Position numbers and translations under genes: made by a program
Source of the DNA: Macrostomum lignano
Taxonomy: Eukaryota
Length of the DNA: 64,000 bases
Assembly: GCA_002269645.1 (NCBI GenBank)
Contig: NIVC01001834.1
Coordinates: 124,001-188,000 of the forward strand
Direction of reading: 5' to 3'
Notes under the pieces: generated by a model
The model's input: the letters and a program-made list of their open reading frames with translations, nothing else
Database searches by the model: none
What the model was told of the DNA's origin: nothing
In this document: piece after piece, positions 62,065 through 64,000 of the stretch
Layout: the number at the start of each line of letters is the position of its first letter
Numbering within the stretch: the stretch's first letter is position 1

Positions 62065-62940
62065 AAACTTTGAGCTTGATCTAAGTTTTGAGTTCAATGA
62101 AATTTTGAGCTTGATGAAGTTTACAGCTTGATGAATTTTTGAGAATAATGAAGTTTACAGCTTGATGAATTTTCGAGCTTGATGAAGTTTCAAGCTTGAT
62201 GAAGTTTGAGTTCAATAAAGTTTTGAGCTTGATGAAGTTTACAGCTTGATGAATTTTTGAGAATAATGAAGTTTACAGCTTGATGAATTTTCGAGCTTGA
62301 TGAAGTTTCAAGCTTGATGAAGTTTGAGTTCAATAAAGTTTTGAGCTTATGAAGTTTACAGCTTGATGAATTTTTGAGAATAATGAAGTTTACAGCTTGA
62401 TGAAATTTTCGAGCTTGATGAAGTTTCAAGCTTGATGAAGTTTGAGTTCAATAAAGTTTTGAGTTCAATAAAGTTTTGAAATTGATTAAGTTTCTAGCTT
62501 GATGAAGTTCGAGTTCAATATGAAGTTTCGAGCTTGATGAAGTTTCGAGCTTGATGAAGTTCGAGTTCAATATGAAGTTTCGAGCTTGATGAAGTTCGAG
62601 TTCAATCTGAAGTTTCGAGCTTGATGAAGTTCGAGTTCATCATATGAAGTTTCGAGCTTGATGAAGTTCGAGTTCAATATGAAGTTTCGAGCTTGATGAA
62701 GTTCGAGTTCAATATGAAGTTTCTAGCTTGATGAAGTTTCAGTTCAATAAAGTTTCGAGCTTGATGAAATTTCGAGCTTGATGAAGTTCGAGTTCATCAT
62801 ATGAAGTTTCGAGCTTGATAAAGTTTAAGTTCAATAAAGTTTCGAGCTTGAAGTTTCGAGCTTGATGAAGTTCGAGCTCAATATGAAGTTTCGAGCTTGA
62901 TGAAGTTCGAGTTCAATATGAAGGTTCGAGTTTGAGGATG
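62065..62940. repeat. TTTCGAGCTTGATGAAG-based minisatellite with ~118-bp higher-order units
   Basis: Seen directly. Confidence 0.9.
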
Positions 62941-63024
62941 TTTCGAATTGTTGAGACTTTGGGTCGAACTTAATGAAATTTCAACTTCAATAAATCAGCT
63001 TGACTGCTGCTGGCACAATTACAG

Positions 63025-63357
63025 CCGGGCCGAGTGGCCACGCTGATTGAGGCCAAGCCGGGAACAGTCGAGGAAAACCCGTCCAACATTGCCATCACCT
63101 CGGGCTGCACATCGCCTCTGGTCTGGGGCGTAGCCTACGAACTTCGCGGCTTAGCGGACATCCGGTCGGCATTGGCTCATCTGGCCGAGCGAGAGATGAT
63201 CCTCGGAGGCTACCGGTTCGACTGCGTGCAGTTCTATCCGTATCTGGGCAGACGGGCCAAGCCCGAGGATGTGGCCGCCGCTGCCTACAGCGTGCAGGTC
63301 TACATTGCCGAGCCTGGCAACGATCAGTACCTGGGCTCTGCGCCTCTGGATATACAG
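63025..63357 (+). CDS. CHAC1: ChaC exon 2
   Basis: ttacAG|CCG. PGRVATLI..VWGVAYEL..LAEREMILGGY..YLGSAPL; donor CAG|GTGTGT. Confidence 0.9.
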
Positions 63358-63895
63358 GTGTGTGCTGCGCCTTTATCCCCTCCCAGTCCCTACCTTCATT
63401 TTCCCGCTACAGAGTCTGTAAGCACCTCACTAGTGACTACTCTAGCGACTCTGGGGGTGACTCTTTTGACTTTTTGAGCGACTCAAACGACGTCAATGCG
63501 ATGGAGAGGCGACTGTCACGAGTCACGAGCGCATCACGTGAATTGTTGTAGAATAGTAAAAGAGTCGCAAAAAATCGTCCAAGAGTTGTCGTTTTAGCGC
63601 TCTTCTACTGGCTCATTATTGGACTAAATCGAGTTGTTATAAATGCTACTTGCGATTCTCTCAAATTGATTTTTATGTGACTCTTTGACGACCTTTTTAT
63701 CGACTTGTACCGTGACATCTCGTCGTTTTAGAGTCGTCTAGAGAGTCACTTCTTTCCTATTTTACCTGTGTTACCTGCAACGACGCTGTTTGGCCTGGGT
63801 ACCGTTTGCATCGGGTATCCCCCTTCATTATACATCCATCTCCCTCTGCCTTCTCACTTCTTTCCAATTTGCCATCTTTATCCTATCCAATCAAG

Positions 63896-64000
63896 GCCTA
63901 TCAAATCGCTCGAGCGGAGGGCTTCTGCGGCAGAAACATCGAATACGTGAAAAAGGTGGCGGTCTTCATGCTCGAAGAGGTGCCCAACGGTCAGGACAAG
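63896..64000 (+). CDS. CHAC1: ChaC exon 3, running off the window
   Basis: Pyrimidine tract then aatcaAG|GCC. YQIARAEGFCGRNIEYVKKVAVFM matches QI..xxGPSGxNxEY. Confidence 0.85.

Overview
Eukaryotic (animal) genomic DNA: GC-rich exons sit between many locus-private minisatellites and DNA-transposon insertions. The architecture resembles a free-living flatworm such as Macrostomum lignano, which is an inference only. Host genes rebuilt by hand from GT-AG exons: RNMT (+, 5' part outside the window), a Methuselah-like 7TM receptor (-), two tandem TMEM216/TMEM80-like genes (-), FAM76 (+), MRPS30/mL65 (+) and CHAC (+, 3' end outside the window). The most notable accessory structures are: (i) a 3.7-kb TIR element in an RNMT intron carrying a decayed, spliced coiled-coil + BEN-domain-like gene; (ii) a 5.6-kb foldback/MULE-like element with tandem-repeat TIRs and a 9-bp TSD that carries an apparently intact two-exon orphan ORF, with a MITE in that ORF's intron and a P-like THAP element nested in its right TIR; (iii) a 0.3-kb MITE family including a tandem dimer with a triplicated TSD and strong CpG decay, inside a CpG-depleted domain. 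I found no rRNA, tRNA or CRISPR array. All homology calls come from motif recognition by eye; no database search was run.
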